64,000 nt of DNA from Elusimicrobiota bacterium (GTDB lineage Bacteria; Elusimicrobiota; Elusimicrobia; UBA1565; UBA9628). The stretch's first letter is position 1. The number at the start of each line of letters is the position of its first letter. The notes below the pieces were generated by a model. That model saw nothing but the letters and a program-made list of their open reading frames with translations. It made no database searches and had not been told where the DNA came from. The position numbers and the translations under genes were made by a program. The stretch spans positions 2,376 through 66,375 of the forward strand of contig JBBQVX010000003.1 of the NCBI GenBank assembly GCA_038211115.1. Direction: 5' to 3'. Positions 24,817 through 32,661 of this stretch are shown piece after piece.

Positions 24817-27800
24817 ATGAAGCGCTTTCGCTCGCTGATCGCCCTCACCCTGTCGCTCGCCCTCGTCGTTTTGTCCCCGGGCTCGAGCGCTTATAACGCC
24901 GCCGCGCAGACGATGAACGCGGCCAACGGTGCGACCGTCACGGGCGTTACGGGCGTCGCCGGCGCGAACCTCGGCCGCACCTCCGGGGTCGACGCGATCC
25001 CGACGCTGTCTCCTTCCGGCCTGGGCCTCTCCTCCGTCCTGTCGGCTCCTTCGATCACGCCGTCCGCGCTGCAGCAGGCCGCCGTAATCCCGGCGCCTTC
25101 CGTCGCCTCGCCGGTCGCCGCGAACGCGGTCATCCCCTCGATGACCCCCGTCGCCCTTAAGACGATCGCCTCCGCGGCCGCCAAGGCCGTCGTCCCCGGC
25201 GTGAACGCGCCGGTCTCCGCCAAGACCGCCGTGATCCAGGCGCTGAAGACCCAACTCTCCGTCCCGTCCATCGCCGATAAGCCCTCCGAAACCCAAGTCC
25301 TCGAGGCCCGCAAGCAGTTCGACGGCGAGGCCCTGAAGCCCGGCCTGTCCGTCCCCGCCGTCTCCGGCAAGGGAACCGAGAGCCGCGGCTCCGACCTGAA
25401 GGCCGCGAAGAAGGCCGGCACGCCCGGCGAGAACGTGGACGAGAACGGCAATCCCTCTCATGAGCACGGCCCGATCGACGGCCTCGGCAACGCGACGCGC
25501 GTCGGCGGCGAGAACGGCCCGGACGACCATAACGACGGAAGCCATCGCGGGGGCGGCACCTTGCTCGGCCTGTTCGGCGCCGGCCTGCTCGGCGGCGGCG
25601 CGCTGACGGTCGCGGCCCTGTCCCTGGGCTCGATCGCGATGTTCCCGATGATCATCATCTCCCTGATCCTCCACGAGATCGGCCACGCGCGCATGGCCGA
25701 CAAGCTCGGCGATCCGACGGCCCGCCTGCAGAACCGCGCGAGCTTCAATCCTCGCCACTGGCTGACGCACATCGACCCGATTTGGACCCTGCTGATCCCG
25801 GCGGCCAGCTTCTTCCTGACGGGCATGATCTTCGGCGGCGCGCGTCCCGTGCCCGTCGAGCCCCGCTACTTCAAGAACCCGGTCAAGGGCATGGCGCTCG
25901 TCGCCTTGGCCGGACCGGCCGTCAACATGGGCCTGGCCGTCGCGGGCGCGCTCGCGATCACCGGCGCGGTGGCCGCGGGCCTCGGCGCGGGCGTCGTCGC
26001 GATGCTCGGCATGTTCGTGTTCCTCAACGTCCTGCTCGCGGTCTTCAACATGATCCCGCTGCCGCCGCTGGACGGAAGCCACATGCTCAAGGCCTTCCTG
26101 CCCGCGAACGCCCGCTACGCGATGGACAACTTCATGGCGAAGCTCGGGCCCATGGGCGCCTTCGTGCCCCTGATGATCCTGTTCTGGGTGGCCGGCGGCG
26201 CGATCTCGGGCGCTGCGATGTTCATCGCCAAGCTCCTGATCGGCGGCGTGATGTCGGTCACCGGCGTCAGCATGGCCAGCGCCTTCCTGCCGGCCGTGGC
26301 CGCTCTCGGACTCGCGGTCGGACAGCTCGGCGCGGGCGCGGGAAAATCCGCCGGCGTCGCGGCGGCCGACACGTCCGCGGTCCCCGGCCCGTCGGGCCCG
26401 ACCAACGGCGCTGCCGCGACCAACGGCGCTCCGCATCCCGTCGACCTGATCGTGATGTTCGGCGAGAAGAAGACCAATCTGCACGACTCGCACATCTCGA
26501 ACGTGGACGTGAACCTGCCCTCCGGCGTCGAGCAGTACACGCGCCTGCAGCAGGCGATGCTGACCCAGCTCGCGACCGCCGGCCTCGACTCCGCCGCCCT
26601 CGAGTCTTATAAGGGAACTCCGCTCGCGACGTACGCGCGCATCAACGCCGCCACGATCCGCGTCGACGGCGCCTCCGTCGCCGAGTTCACGCAGGACATG
26701 GCCAAGCGCGGCTTCACCGTCTATCAGAATTCCGAGCGCAAGATCATCCGCCCCGTCCCCGTCACGCCCGAACAGATGGACCCCGACGCGCGCAACGCCG
26801 TCACGATGGACGAGAACCTCAAGATCACCAAGGCCGACCTCGTGCAGGCCGAAGGCGTGAAGAAGTGGGGCAAGCCCGAGCTCGGCTTCTGGTCCGGTCT
26901 CTGGGCCAAAGTCTTCAAGAGCGAGCCGCCGCAGCCCAAGTTCGGCGTCATCGACAGCGGCTATGAAGCGACGCATCCGCTTCTTAAGCGCATGAAGGAG
27001 CTCAAGAACATGACCTCCGGCGCGAACATCGACGATATCGGCCACGGCTCGTGGGTGAGCTCGACGATCCTGCATATGGCGCCGTGGTCGAGGAACACGA
27101 CACACTACAAGACTTTCGTGGACGGCGGCGCGACGCTCGACGACATCCTCAAGTCGCTCACGCAGGCCGGCAACGACGGCAACCTCGTCATCTCCAACTC
27201 GTGGGGCGACGACCAGGGCGACCCGAACGGTCCCGACGCCCAGCTCGTCAAGAAGCTCGCGCAGGAAGGCCATATCATGGTCTTCGCGGCCGGCAACGCC
27301 GGTTCGGGCAAGAACACCATCGGGGCGCCCGCCATCGTGACCTACAAGGACGCCGAGACCGGCGCGATCCGCGTCGTCTCCGTGGCCGCCGCCGGCCGCG
27401 ACAAGAAGGTCGCCTACTTCTCCTCGCGCGGCCCCGGCTCGCCCGTGACCTCGAAGGACGCATCCTACAAGGATCATCGCCCCGACCTGACGGCCGTCGG
27501 CTACAACATCGAGGGCGCGTGGCCCGCGGCGCTCAACGACGCCGACCGCGTGGACGGCGAGAAGGGGCCCGTGAAGGCCATCTCCGGCACCTCGATGTCG
27601 ACCCCCGGCGTCGCCGGCGCGATCGCGCTGCTCGCGATGATGTTCGGCGTGACGGAGAAGGGCGTCAAGCTCGACGCGATCGTCAACGCGGTCATGTCGA
27701 CCCTCGAGAAGACGGGCAAGAACACCGTCGACGAGGAAGGCGAAGGCTTCCTGAACGTGGACGCCGCGTACAAGAAGCTCCAGGCCGCGTTCTCGACCGT

Positions 27801-28047
27801 TCCGCCCGACGTCGCCGCGTTCCGCGCGCTGAAAGCCCGCGAGAGCGTCCTGTACCGCTACCTCGTCACGGCGGCCGCGGCCGACAGCGCCGCCAGCCTC
27901 TATTTCCATGAGGCGACCGAGGAGCTCAAGACGGTGACGGCGGACATCCAGGCGATGAAGGCCGCCGACAAAACTTTGGCTTACCGGGCCGCCGGCCCGA
28001 TTAAGCGTTTCATCCTAAATGCGACCGGCGCCGCCCCCAAACCTTAA
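24817..28047 (+). CDS. Array protein 7 (1076 aa): shared N-terminal module + M50 (site-2-protease family) membrane metalloprotease + I9-like propeptide + subtilisin S8 serine protease
   Basis: Signal peptide ..SSAYNAAA|QTMNA; IPTLSPSGLGLSSVLSAPSITPSAL..IPAPSVASPV; KQFDGEALKPG. M50 motifs HEIGH (25672-25686) and NMIPLPPLDGSH. S8 triad: VIDSG (Asp 26953-26955), HGSWV (His 27043-27045), GTSMSTPGVAG (Ser 27592-27594). Confidence 0.88.
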   Translation: MKRFRSLIALTLSLALVVLSPGSSAYNAAAQTMNAANGATVTGVTGVAGANLGRTSGVDAIPTLSPSGLGLSSVLSAPSITPSALQQAAVIPAPSVASPVAANAVIPSMTPVALKTIASAAAKAVVPGVNAPVSAKTAVIQALKTQLSVPSIADKPSETQVLEARKQFDGEALKPGLSVPAVSGKGTESRGSDLKAAKKAGTPGENVDENGNPSHEHGPIDGLGNATRVGGENGPDDHNDGSHRGGGTLLGLFGAGLLGGGALTVAALSLGSIAMFPMIIISLILHEIGHARMADKLGDPTARLQNRASFNPRHWLTHIDPIWTLLIPAASFFLTGMIFGGARPVPVEPRYFKNPVKGMALVALAGPAVNMGLAVAGALAITGAVAAGLGAGVVAMLGMFVFLNVLLAVFNMIPLPPLDGSHMLKAFLPANARYAMDNFMAKLGPMGAFVPLMILFWVAGGAISGAAMFIAKLLIGGVMSVTGVSMASAFLPAVAALGLAVGQLGAGAGKSAGVAAADTSAVPGPSGPTNGAAATNGAPHPVDLIVMFGEKKTNLHDSHISNVDVNLPSGVEQYTRLQQAMLTQLATAGLDSAALESYKGTPLATYARINAATIRVDGASVAEFTQDMAKRGFTVYQNSERKIIRPVPVTPEQMDPDARNAVTMDENLKITKADLVQAEGVKKWGKPELGFWSGLWAKVFKSEPPQPKFGVIDSGYEATHPLLKRMKELKNMTSGANIDDIGHGSWVSSTILHMAPWSRNTTHYKTFVDGGATLDDILKSLTQAGNDGNLVISNSWGDDQGDPNGPDAQLVKKLAQEGHIMVFAAGNAGSGKNTIGAPAIVTYKDAETGAIRVVSVAAAGRDKKVAYFSSRGPGSPVTSKDASYKDHRPDLTAVGYNIEGAWPAALNDADRVDGEKGPVKAISGTSMSTPGVAGAIALLAMMFGVTEKGVKLDAIVNAVMSTLEKTGKNTVDEEGEGFLNVDAAYKKLQAAFSTVPPDVAAFRALKARESVLYRYLVTAAAADSAASLYFHEATEELKTVTADIQAMKAADKTLAYRAAGPIKRFILNATGAAPKP

Positions 28048-28059
28048 CGGAGAACGTAC

Positions 28060-28452
28060 ATGACCGCTTCACCGATGTTCATCATCGAAGACGACGACCA
28101 CTTCCGCGAAACCTTCATCGACGTCATGTCGCTGCGGGGAATCGAGGTGACGGGCGCTCGTACGGGCGACGAGGCGATCAAGGCTCTTAAGCAGAGCCAG
28201 CCCTCGATCATCATCATGGACGTCCAGCTCCCGGACGTGCACGGCTTCGACCTGTGCCGTAAGGTCAAGCGTCTCGAGAACCAAAAGGACACACCGGTCA
28301 TCTTCGTGTCCGCCTCTACGCGTTACGCCGATCCGCGCGACCGCGTCGAGGGCCTCCTCGCCGGCGCCGACCAGTTCCTGCCCAAGCCGATCACCGTCGA
28401 GAAGCTGTGGGGCGAGATCGAGCTCGTCCTGAACGGCCACCCGAAAAACTGA
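28060..28452 (+). CDS. Single-domain CheY-like response regulator receiver
   Basis: 130 aa. IIEDDD, IIIMDVQLPDVHG (phospho-acceptor Asp), VIFVSA, LPKPI. Starts 12 nt after the array gene 7 stop. Confidence 0.9.
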   Translation: MTASPMFIIEDDDHFRETFIDVMSLRGIEVTGARTGDEAIKALKQSQPSIIIMDVQLPDVHGFDLCRKVKRLENQKDTPVIFVSASTRYADPRDRVEGLLAGADQFLPKPITVEKLWGEIELVLNGHPKN

Positions 28453-28471
28453 CCGTTCGTCGAAAAGAAGA

Positions 28472-28508
28472 AGGCCCCGGCGGGATTCCCGCCGGGGCCT
28501 CTTTTTTT
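28472..28508. terminator. Bidirectional intrinsic terminator
   Basis: 13-bp perfect stem AGGCCCCGGCGGG / CCCGCCGGGGCCT with loop ATT. A T7 run follows on the + strand and an A-rich run precedes it, giving a U-run for the convergent fbaB transcript. Confidence 0.85.
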
Positions 28509-28510
28509 GA

Positions 28511-28534
28511 GCGACTGTTTCCGGAAACAGTCGC
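28511..28534. repeat. Perfect 24-bp palindrome GCGACTGTTTCC|GGAAACAGTCGC (copy 1)
   Basis: Read directly; lies 16 nt beyond the fbaB stop. The core ACTGTTTCCGGAAACAGTCG recurs at 29739-29758. Confidence 0.9.
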
Positions 28535-28549
28535 CCTCGAGATGAGCGC

Positions 28550-29605
28550 TTACGCGATCGTGATCTTCTTATCCAGGTACACGTCCTGGATCGCGTTGAG
28601 GATGCCGATGCCTTCTTTCATGGGACGTTGGAAGGCTTTGCGGCCGGAGATTAATCCCATTCCTCCCGCGCGCTTGTTGATGACGGCCGTCTTCACGGCT
28701 TCCGCCATGTCGGAGGCCCCGGAGGAAGCTCCGCCCGAGTTGATCAGCCCCGCGCGGCCCATGTAGCAGTTCGCGACCTGCCAGCGGGTGAGGTCGATGG
28801 GGTTGTCGGTCGTGAGCTTCTCATAGACGAGCTTGCTCGTCTTGCCGAAGCCCTTGATCGCGTTGTAGCCGCCGTTGTTCTCGGGCAGCTTCTGCTTGAT
28901 GATGTCGGCCTGGATCGTGACGCCGAGGTGGTTGGCCTGTCCGGTGAGGTCGGCCGACACGTGGTAGTCCTTCTCCGGCGTCTTGAACGCGTTGTTGCGC
29001 ACGTAGCACCACAGTATGGTGGCCATGCCGAGCTGGTGGGCCTGGTCGAACGCCTGGCTGACCTCCCAGATCTGCCGGCGGGACTCGGCCGAGCCGAAGT
29101 ACACGGTGGCGCCGACGGCGGCGCAGCCCATGTCGCGGGCCTGCTTCATGCCGGCGTACATGGTCTGGTCGAAGGTGTTCGGGTAGCTCAAGAGCTCGCT
29201 GTGGTTGAACTTGAGGATGAACGGGATCTTGTGCGCGTACTTGCGGGCGACGGAGCCCAGCACGCCGAGCGTGGAGGCCACGCCGTTGGCGCCGCCCTCG
29301 ATCGCGAGCTTGATGATGTTCTCCGAGTCGAAGTAGATCGGGTTCGGCGCGAAGGACGCCGCGGCCGAGTGCTCGATGCCCTGGTCGACGGGGAGGATCG
29401 AGACGTAGCCGGTGCCGGACAGGCGGCCGTTATTGTACAGGGACTGTAGGTTGCGGAGCACGGGGATCGAGCGGTCGGAGCCGCCGAACAGGCGGTCGAC
29501 GGAATCGGGGCCGGGGGCATGGATCATTTCCTTCGGAATGCCGACGCACTTGTGCTCGAGGAGCTTGGCGTCTGCTCCGAGCAGCTGTTCGATGTTGGTG
29601 GACAT
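28550..29605 (-). CDS. fbaB: Class I fructose-bisphosphate aldolase (FbaB/DhnA type)
   Basis: 351 aa. [10 protein letters not shown]..., [10 protein letters not shown], and overall resemblance to E. coli FbaB. SD AGGAGAA (complement of 29615-29621) and -10 TATAAT (complement of 29641-29646). Confidence 0.9.
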   Translation of the reverse strand: MSTNIEQLLGADAKLLEHKCVGIPKEMIHAPGPDSVDRLFGGSDRSIPVLRNLQSLYNNGRLSGTGYVSILPVDQGIEHSAAASFAPNPIYFDSENIIKLAIEGGANGVASTLGVLGSVARKYAHKIPFILKFNHSELLSYPNTFDQTMYAGMKQARDMGCAAVGATVYFGSAESRRQIWEVSQAFDQAHQLGMATILWCYVRNNAFKTPEKDYHVSADLTGQANHLGVTIQADIIKQKLPENNGGYNAIKGFGKTSKLVYEKLTTDNPIDLTRWQVANCYMGRAGLINSGGASSGASDMAEAVKTAVINKRAGGMGLISGRKAFQRPMKEGIGILNAIQDVYLDKKITIA

Positions 29606-29738
29606 GTTGGTCGATTCTCCTGTGTTGTGAAAGCGGGCTTATTATACGAAAAGAGTTTCGGGCGGCCTATGACGATTTGTGTGGACGTTGTAAATACATG
29701 GCGAAGGGCTGATCCCCCACTACAATCCGGGAACGGCA

Positions 29739-29756
29739 ACTGTTTCCGGAAACAGT
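29739..29756. repeat. Perfect 18-bp palindrome ACTGTTTCC|GGAAACAGT (copy 2)
   Basis: Lies 8 nt beyond the stop of the 29764-31194 gene and ~95 nt upstream of the fbaB -10 box. Confidence 0.9.
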
Positions 29757-29763
29757 CGAGCGA

Positions 29764-31194
29764 TTATTTCCCGCGGGCGACTCGGAACATCGAGAGGCCG
29801 GACTTCTCTACGACGGGCCTCAAGCCGTAACGCGAGAGCTTGTCGCGCAAGCCCTCTTCCTGGAGGGTGCGGCCGCTGACGTAGACGGACTCTCCGGACT
29901 TGCTTAGCAGATCGAGGCGCGCGTGAAGGTCCTTCTCGTTCGTGAAGTAGCGCAGGTTCACCGGCCGGCGCCCCGCGAAGTAGGGGATGTACACGACGCC
30001 GCGGCCGTTGGCGAGGATCCAGGCCTCGGGCGGCGCGCTGATCTTCGTCCACTCGGTCTCGACGAGGTCGGGGTTGTTGGAGAACTCGGACGCAGGTCGG
30101 ACCACGAACGCGAAGTTGTAGGCGAGCGCCGCGACCGTCCAGCCCGCGAGGGCCCCCAGGCGCCAGCGCGCGGGAAGGCCCTGCAGGCCGAGCGTCGCCA
30201 GCGCCCACAGCGCCAGCAGGTCGCTGACACGGTAGACGATGGTGTACGGCTCCCAGATGAGGAAGAGGGCCGCATAGCCGGCGAGCCAGAGGAGCCAGAA
30301 GAGAGCCTCGCGGCTCTTGTCGACGGCGGCGCGGGCCGCCGCGAGAATCGGTAGAACGGCGAGTATCAATCCGACGGATCCCCACGCTCCTTGCCGGCCG
30401 ACGAACTCGGTGAAGATGCGTAAAGACATCATCGACCATGAGGAGACCGCGTGCGAAAACGGTACCGAATGCCAGAGGAAGGAGCGATCCGTGGTGAGGG
30501 CCGCGCTGCCGAGGAGCCAGAGACGCAACTCGTCCAACGACGCCGGCTTGACGGCGAAAAGGCCCGCGCAGAGATACGGGACGGCGACGCCCGCGAAGAG
30601 AGCGCTAAAATAAGGGAGCAGTGAGCGGCGGTCCTTTTTACGGGTCAGGAGATAAGCGATGGCCGGCAGCGCCATCAGATGCCCGACGTGCCCCAGGATC
30701 GCGCACGCGTGCCACAGCCCCGCGCGGGCGGGCCGCGGCTGGTCCGACAGCGCCTCGCGGGCGGCCAGCGCCGCGAACAGCGCGCCCAGCATGTAGACCT
30801 GCGCCTCGAGGCTCCAGAACCACCACGCGTGGCACACCGCCAGCGCGGCTGCGCCGAGGACGGCCTCGCGCTCGCCGCGGCCGGCGCGGCGGAGCAAGGA
30901 GGAGAAGACGGCGGCGCCCGCGGCGCCGAGGACCCCGTCGAGCGTCTGGAGGACGAGCAGCGCCTGCCCGTGATAGCCGAACAGGCGCCAGAGGCGGTCG
31001 AAGCACCAGGCGACGACGCCGTAGGCGAGGTGGTTGCCGTGCGTCAGGTGCTTGAAGTCGGACAGCTCGACGGCGATGGCGCAGGCGACGCCGTCGAAGT
31101 TGTAGAAGAGCGAGCGGACCGATAGGTCGAGCAGAAGGACGGCGGCGAACACCGCAGCCATCGATTGCCCGTCGGACCAGCTGCGCTTCTTCAC
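29764..31194 (-). CDS. Polytopic membrane protein, GT-C-like putative glycosyltransferase with soluble C-terminal domain
   Basis: 476 aa, more than 10 hydrophobic segments, no catalytic motif recognised with certainty. GTG start at complement of 31192-31194; alternative ATG at complement of 31159-31161. Confidence 0.55.
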   Translation of the reverse strand: MKKRSWSDGQSMAAVFAAVLLLDLSVRSLFYNFDGVACAIAVELSDFKHLTHGNHLAYGVVAWCFDRLWRLFGYHGQALLVLQTLDGVLGAAGAAVFSSLLRRAGRGEREAVLGAAALAVCHAWWFWSLEAQVYMLGALFAALAAREALSDQPRPARAGLWHACAILGHVGHLMALPAIAYLLTRKKDRRSLLPYFSALFAGVAVPYLCAGLFAVKPASLDELRLWLLGSAALTTDRSFLWHSVPFSHAVSSWSMMSLRIFTEFVGRQGAWGSVGLILAVLPILAAARAAVDKSREALFWLLWLAGYAALFLIWEPYTIVYRVSDLLALWALATLGLQGLPARWRLGALAGWTVAALAYNFAFVVRPASEFSNNPDLVETEWTKISAPPEAWILANGRGVVYIPYFAGRRPVNLRYFTNEKDLHARLDLLSKSGESVYVSGRTLQEEGLRDKLSRYGLRPVVEKSGLSMFRVARGK

Positions 31195-31203
31195 GACGGC
31201 TAT

Positions 31204-31225
31204 GTTATCAGAAATCTATTATAAT
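31204..31225. promoter_or_regulatory. Back-to-back divergent -10 boxes in a 37-bp intergenic gap
   Basis: GTTATC at 31204-31209 reads GATAAC on the minus strand, 9 nt before its GTG. TATAAT at 31220-31225 is 6 nt before ATG 31232. Confidence 0.4.
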
Positions 31226-31231
31226 GCCGCC

Positions 31232-31966
31232 ATGAACGGACGCCTCCAGGGGAAGACCGTCCTCATCACCGGCGGCGGGCAGGGCATCGGCCGGGCCGCC
31301 GCCGCCGCATTCGCCAAGGAAGGCGCCCAAATCGCGATCTGCGGCCGCAACTCGGCGAATCTGGGAGAGGTCGCCGCCGAGCTGCGCGCGCTCGGCGCGA
31401 AAGTCTCCGCCGAGAGCTGCGACGTGACCGACGAGAGCCAGGTCCACGAGTTCGTGGCCGCCGTGCTCAAGGAATTCGGCGTCATCGACGTTCTCGTCAA
31501 CAACGCGGGCGTGCTGGGCCCCAGGGGGGCGCTGGCGCAGGTGTCCGCGAAGGACTGGAACGCGACGATCGCGGCCAACCTGACCGGCCCGTTCCTCGTC
31601 ACGCGCGAGGTGCTTCGCGCCTCGATGCTCAAGCGCGAGCGCGGCGTCGTGATCAACCTGTCGTCCGGCCAAGGGCGCAAGGGCACGGCCGGCTGGGGGC
31701 CGTACGCCGCGAGCAAGTTCGGGCTCGAGGGCTTGACGCAGGTCTGGGCGGACGAGACGCGCGAGACGAAGATCCGCTTCTACACGCTGAGCCCCGGGCC
31801 GACCGCGACCGCGATGCGGGCCGCGGCGGCGCCCGACGAGGACCCGAAGACGATCAAGAGCGCCGCCGTCGCGGCCCAAGCGTTCGTCGCGCTCGCGCTC
31901 GACGACTGCGCGCTTCCGACCGGGGGCGTCCTCCGCCTGGATCCCGCCGGGAAAATCCTGTGCTAG
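31232..31966 (+). CDS. Short-chain dehydrogenase/reductase (SDR)
   Basis: KTVLITGGGQGIGRA Rossmann motif, NNAG, YAASK. Start ATG 31232 is preferred over track start 31202 because of the -10 placement. Confidence 0.88.
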   Translation: MNGRLQGKTVLITGGGQGIGRAAAAAFAKEGAQIAICGRNSANLGEVAAELRALGAKVSAESCDVTDESQVHEFVAAVLKEFGVIDVLVNNAGVLGPRGALAQVSAKDWNATIAANLTGPFLVTREVLRASMLKRERGVVINLSSGQGRKGTAGWGPYAASKFGLEGLTQVWADETRETKIRFYTLSPGPTATAMRAAAAPDEDPKTIKSAAVAAQAFVALALDDCALPTGGVLRLDPAGKILC

Positions 31967-32658
31967 AAAAGGCGGAGTACGCGGGCACCGGCCACCTGGT
32001 CGCCACGCGCTCGCTGGTCCGCTACAACAACTACGTCTTCCGCCTGATCTGCCGCGGCCTCAAGATGGACGGAGAGCTGCTCGAATTCGGGCCCGGGCTC
32101 GGGGACTTCCTGGAACGGTTCAAGGCCGGCGGGAAAATGATCGACGCCGTCGAGAACGAGCCGCAGTTCTTCGACGCGCTGAAGCCGCTGGCGCGCCGGG
32201 TGGCGGGCACTTTAGCCGAACTGCCGGGACAATACGACGGGATCGTCAGCGTCAACGTGCTCGAGCACATCGAGGACGACCGCGCGACCTTGCGCGAGCT
32301 GCACGCGAAGCTGAAGCCGGGCGGCGTTCTGAACCTGTACCTGCCCGCGTCCCAGATCCTTTATAACCACCTCGACAAGCTCGTCCATCATTTCCGAAGG
32401 TACGACCGCAAAGACCTCGTCGAGAAAGTGGCGGAGGCCGGTTTCGTCATAGACGAAGTGTTTAACGTCGACGCTTTGGGCTTTTTCGCCTTCGGGATCT
32501 ACAAGATCCTGAAGTGGGGGGACGGCAGCATCACTCCCGGCTCGATGGCCTTTTACGACAACGTCGTGTTCCCGTTCGTTTATATCTTGGATCCGCTTGT
32601 GGGCCGGTCGTTCGGGCGCAGCATCTACCTCCGTGCCCGAAAAAAAGGTATTTTTTAG
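31960..32658 (+). CDS. Class I SAM-dependent methyltransferase
   Basis: LLEFGPGLGDF (motif I) and LKPGGVLNLYLP. The GTG start overlaps the SDR stop. Confidence 0.8.
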   Translation: MLEKAEYAGTGHLVATRSLVRYNNYVFRLICRGLKMDGELLEFGPGLGDFLERFKAGGKMIDAVENEPQFFDALKPLARRVAGTLAELPGQYDGIVSVNVLEHIEDDRATLRELHAKLKPGGVLNLYLPASQILYNHLDKLVHHFRRYDRKDLVEKVAEAGFVIDEVFNVDALGFFAFGIYKILKWGDGSITPGSMAFYDNVVFPFVYILDPLVGRSFGRSIYLRARKKGIF

Positions 32659-32661
32659 CCC

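Noticed and set aside
3553-28047. The array interpreted as a polymorphic toxin, Rhs, CDI or autotransporter locus.
   Set aside because: I recognise no Rhs/YD repeats, haemagglutinin repeats, beta-barrel translocator, PT-VENN or other pre-toxin motifs. The payloads are housekeeping-type enzymes and permeases, and the variable part is the whole protein, not a C-terminal tip. Only the small-gene trio has an immunity-like position.
28511-29758. Twin palindromes flanking fbaB, interpreted as integron attC sites or a mobile cassette.
   Set aside because: No integrase, attI or RYYYAAC/GTTRRRY core sites are present. fbaB has host-like GC content and its own promoter and SD. The observation is kept as a finding, but the mobile-cassette reading is not supported.
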